A DNA stretch of 25,446 bases from the IMG/VR virus record IMGVR_UViG_3300027963_000311, positions 1-25,446 of that record. One strand, 5' to 3'. Made by a program: the position numbers and the translations under genes. The DNA comes from a virus. Lineage: Duplodnaviria; Caudoviricetes. Within the stretch, counting starts at the first letter, position 1, and the number at the start of each line of letters is the position of its first letter. Positions 23,889 through 25,446 of this stretch are shown here, piece by piece. The notes below the pieces were generated by a model that was not told the DNA's origin, searched no databases, and worked only from the letters and a program-made list of their open reading frames with translations.

Positions 23889-24229
23889 TACTTTGCCTTC
23901 GTGATTCGTAAACCACCAGCACGCGTGGTTTCTTTTTTGCATTCCATGATTTTCTTGGCAGTGCTTAATTCGCCATTCTCGATCAGCTCGTACAGTAACG
24001 CATCAATGCTTTTGGTGTCGTAACTGTGGCTGGTAGTTGATTCTGTTACCATTGCCGTGCCAACTTGTGCCAGCTTCACATTGCCACCCATGGCAATCGT
24101 CAATGTTTCGATATTGCGACGAATATCTTTTTGCGTGGCTTCGAGTGCAGTAATTTCCGAATCAATTTCAAAATAATCACGCATCGATGCTGCCAACAAT
24201 TCCTGATCTGTGCTGTAGTTATTAGTCAT
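23888..24229 (-). CDS. Hypothetical protein with N-terminal coiled coil
   Basis: 113 aa ORF, GGAG upstream; Y.EI...I..LE.....IR..I pattern. Confidence 0.75.
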   Translation of the reverse strand: MTNNYSTDQELLAASMRDYFEIDSEITALEATQKDIRRNIETLTIAMGGNVKLAQVGTAMVTESTTSHSYDTKSIDALLYELIENGELSTAKKIMECKKETTRAGGLRITKAK

Positions 24230-24611
24230 GATTTAGATTCTCCAATCGTGCTACATACTGATGTTTGTCTAACGTTACGCCATTGCCATAGTACATCGTG
24301 TTTCGCCACACGCGCCATTCGCCTTGACTGTCACTGAATAAAATGTTTTCTACATACTTGGAGCGATAAAATACGCTGCCATCAGTGCCAGGTGATGAAT
24401 GCCACTCCACGCCACCAGCCATGAAACCCGTTGCACGTACCACGCATACCGTACCAACTGGCATTGGGTATGCAGCGTCAATGTACGTGGTGGTGGTTTT
24501 GAGATGATTAATGAAATTACCCATACTGCCATCAGCCTGATGCACCATTGGCAATACGTGCAGCCACTGTGCATCTGTCATGATGATAAACCGATTATAA
24601 ATAGTGGTCAT
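24222..24611 (-). CDS. Hypothetical protein (MTTIYNRF...)
   Basis: Track ORF frame; start moved downstream of the 24671-24700 hairpin; start uncertain. Confidence 0.6.
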   Translation of the reverse strand: MTTIYNRFIIMTDAQWLHVLPMVHQADGSMGNFINHLKTTTTYIDAAYPMPVGTVCVVRATGFMAGGVEWHSSPGTDGSVFYRSKYVENILFSDSQGEWRVWRNTMYYGNGVTLDKHQYVARLENLNHD

Positions 24612-24670
24612 ACCTGTGCTATTCCTATCTTGTATAATGATCTGGCGAATACCTGTGCTCGTTCGCTTTG

Positions 24671-24700
24671 GGCCTGCAGTGTGTTGTTCCACTGCAGGCC
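24671..24700. repeat. Perfect 11-bp GC-rich inverted repeat (intergenic hairpin)
   Basis: ggcctgcagtg (24671-24681) / cactgcaggcc (24690-24700). Confidence 0.8.
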
Positions 24701-24709
24701 GTGTTGTGC

Positions 24710-24904
24710 CTAGAAATTACCCAACTCGTAATCCATACGCAAATCCGCCACCATTTTCATTGCGTCTTGTTCAGTGCTGGTGGTGAATGATTTGGCCGTA
24801 TTGCCTGCTACCACTTCCACCAACCACTTGCCTAATTCACGATACACAAACCATACAAACTTGCCATTACGGCCGTGTGCCATCAGTTTTAGATTTTCTG
24901 GCAT
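24710..24904 (-). CDS. Small hypothetical protein
   Basis: Fills the minus-strand gap; start uncertain (24904 or 24883). Confidence 0.6.
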   Translation of the reverse strand: MPENLKLMAHGRNGKFVWFVYRELGKWLVEVVAGNTAKSFTTSTEQDAMKMVADLRMDYELGNF

Positions 24905-25073
24905 TGCGCTGTGCTTCCTTCCTTTTCTCATTTAAGGCCTTAAATATTGGTGACGTTAGCAGCATGATTACCATGCTGGTACGTGTTAACCCCTTATATT
25001 CTGCCAATGCATCGATGCTATCTATCATCACTGCTGGCAGCCGTAGCATAATCATTCGCTTTTTATCAGACAT
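24867..25073 (-). CDS. Ribbon-helix-helix (CopG-like) DNA-binding protein
   Basis: KKRMIMLRLP......IDALAEYKGLTRTSMVIMLL RHH pattern; start ATG 25073. Confidence 0.8.
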   Translation of the reverse strand: MSDKKRMIMLRLPAVMIDSIDALAEYKGLTRTSMVIMLLTSPIFKALNEKRKEAQRNARKSKTDGTRP

Positions 25074-25344
25074 TGAAATTACTCGCATTAAAATCAATGT
25101 GATCAATGATTACCTGCAGGCCGTACAGTTCCAGCTCTTTCATGATGTGCTGTGCATTACCCCATGTGCTGCTATAAATCTTGCCATTGGTTTCTTCAGT
25201 CATGCACCACCAGGCACCATCTTGCCATAGTGTGATGCCAGTCATCTCACCATCATGCACCACCATTGCACACCACACGCGTTTGCAGTTTTCTGGCGTG
25301 CCGATCACTTCGCGTTCAAAATACATCCGTGTTACTTCACTCAT
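25066..25344 (-). CDS. Hypothetical protein (92 aa)
   Basis: GGAAGG upstream and TAATG coupling to the preceding partial gene. Confidence 0.75.
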   Translation of the reverse strand: MSEVTRMYFEREVIGTPENCKRVWCAMVVHDGEMTGITLWQDGAWWCMTEETNGKIYSSTWGNAQHIMKELELYGLQVIIDHIDFNASNFNV

Positions 25345-25445
25345 TACTTTTCACCTTCCTGCATTGTCTGCATAATCATTTTCAAATCAGCTGCCAGCCG
25401 TTCCAATTCGGCAATGCGTGTTAGCACAATTCCTAGCGCGTCATT
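25344..25445 (-). CDS. 3' end of a hypothetical protein entering from the right edge (...NDALGIVLTRIAELERLAADLKMIMQTMQEGEK)
   Basis: Open helical frame ending in TAA that overlaps ATG 25344. Confidence 0.6.
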   Translation of the reverse strand, partial: NDALGIVLTRIAELERLAADLKMIMQTMQEGEK

Positions 25446-25446
25446 G

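Larger units (their letters stand above)
1..25446 (-). mobile_element. Tailed dsDNA bacteriophage (siphovirus morphology), near-complete genome, no lysogeny genes recognised
   Basis: Full co-oriented set of terminase, portal, protease/capsid, connector, tail tube, tape measure, baseplate, lysis and replication genes; no host housekeeping genes at either end. Confidence 0.95.

Noticed and set aside
23888-24229. Gam-like or Gp157-like assignment
   Set aside because: Only a generic coiled-coil resemblance; not supportable without a search.
115-25375. All plus-strand ORFs in the track (e.g. 5540..6055, 9257..9829, 14612..15253)
   Set aside because: Antisense shadows of well-supported minus-strand genes, with no recognisable motifs.

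Overview
The window is a compact, apparently near-complete and circularly permuted genome of a tailed (siphovirus-type, HK97-fold) bacteriophage, with every credible gene on the minus strand. In transcription order from the right end it carries: small early genes (two ribbon-helix-helix proteins), an SSB-like gene, a TOPRIM/RepA primase-helicase followed by an iteron-rich origin, a multi-HTH protein, a VRR-NUC nuclease, a membrane protein plus an Rpf-like lytic transglycosylase, a lysis module, terS/terL, a portal-MuF fusion, a multidomain head-region protein with an intact Dps ferritin domain, a protease-capsid fusion, connector and tail genes, and then a control region (hairpins, sigma70-type promoter) that restarts the early genes running off the left end. 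I recognise no integrase, CI-like repressor, CRISPR array, tRNA or reverse transcriptase. The most notable part is the head module. (i) A Dps mini-ferritin sits inside a head-region polyprotein translationally coupled to the capsid gene, resembling an encapsulin cargo/shell pair. (ii) A dnaX-like A9 / A_AAA_AAG slippery site lies where the portal domain meets the MuF extension. (iii) Internal ribosome-binding sites may give nested isoforms. (iv) x-K-A motifs recur at domain junctions and may be protease cleavage sites. All family assignments come from recognising motifs by eye; no database searches were run.
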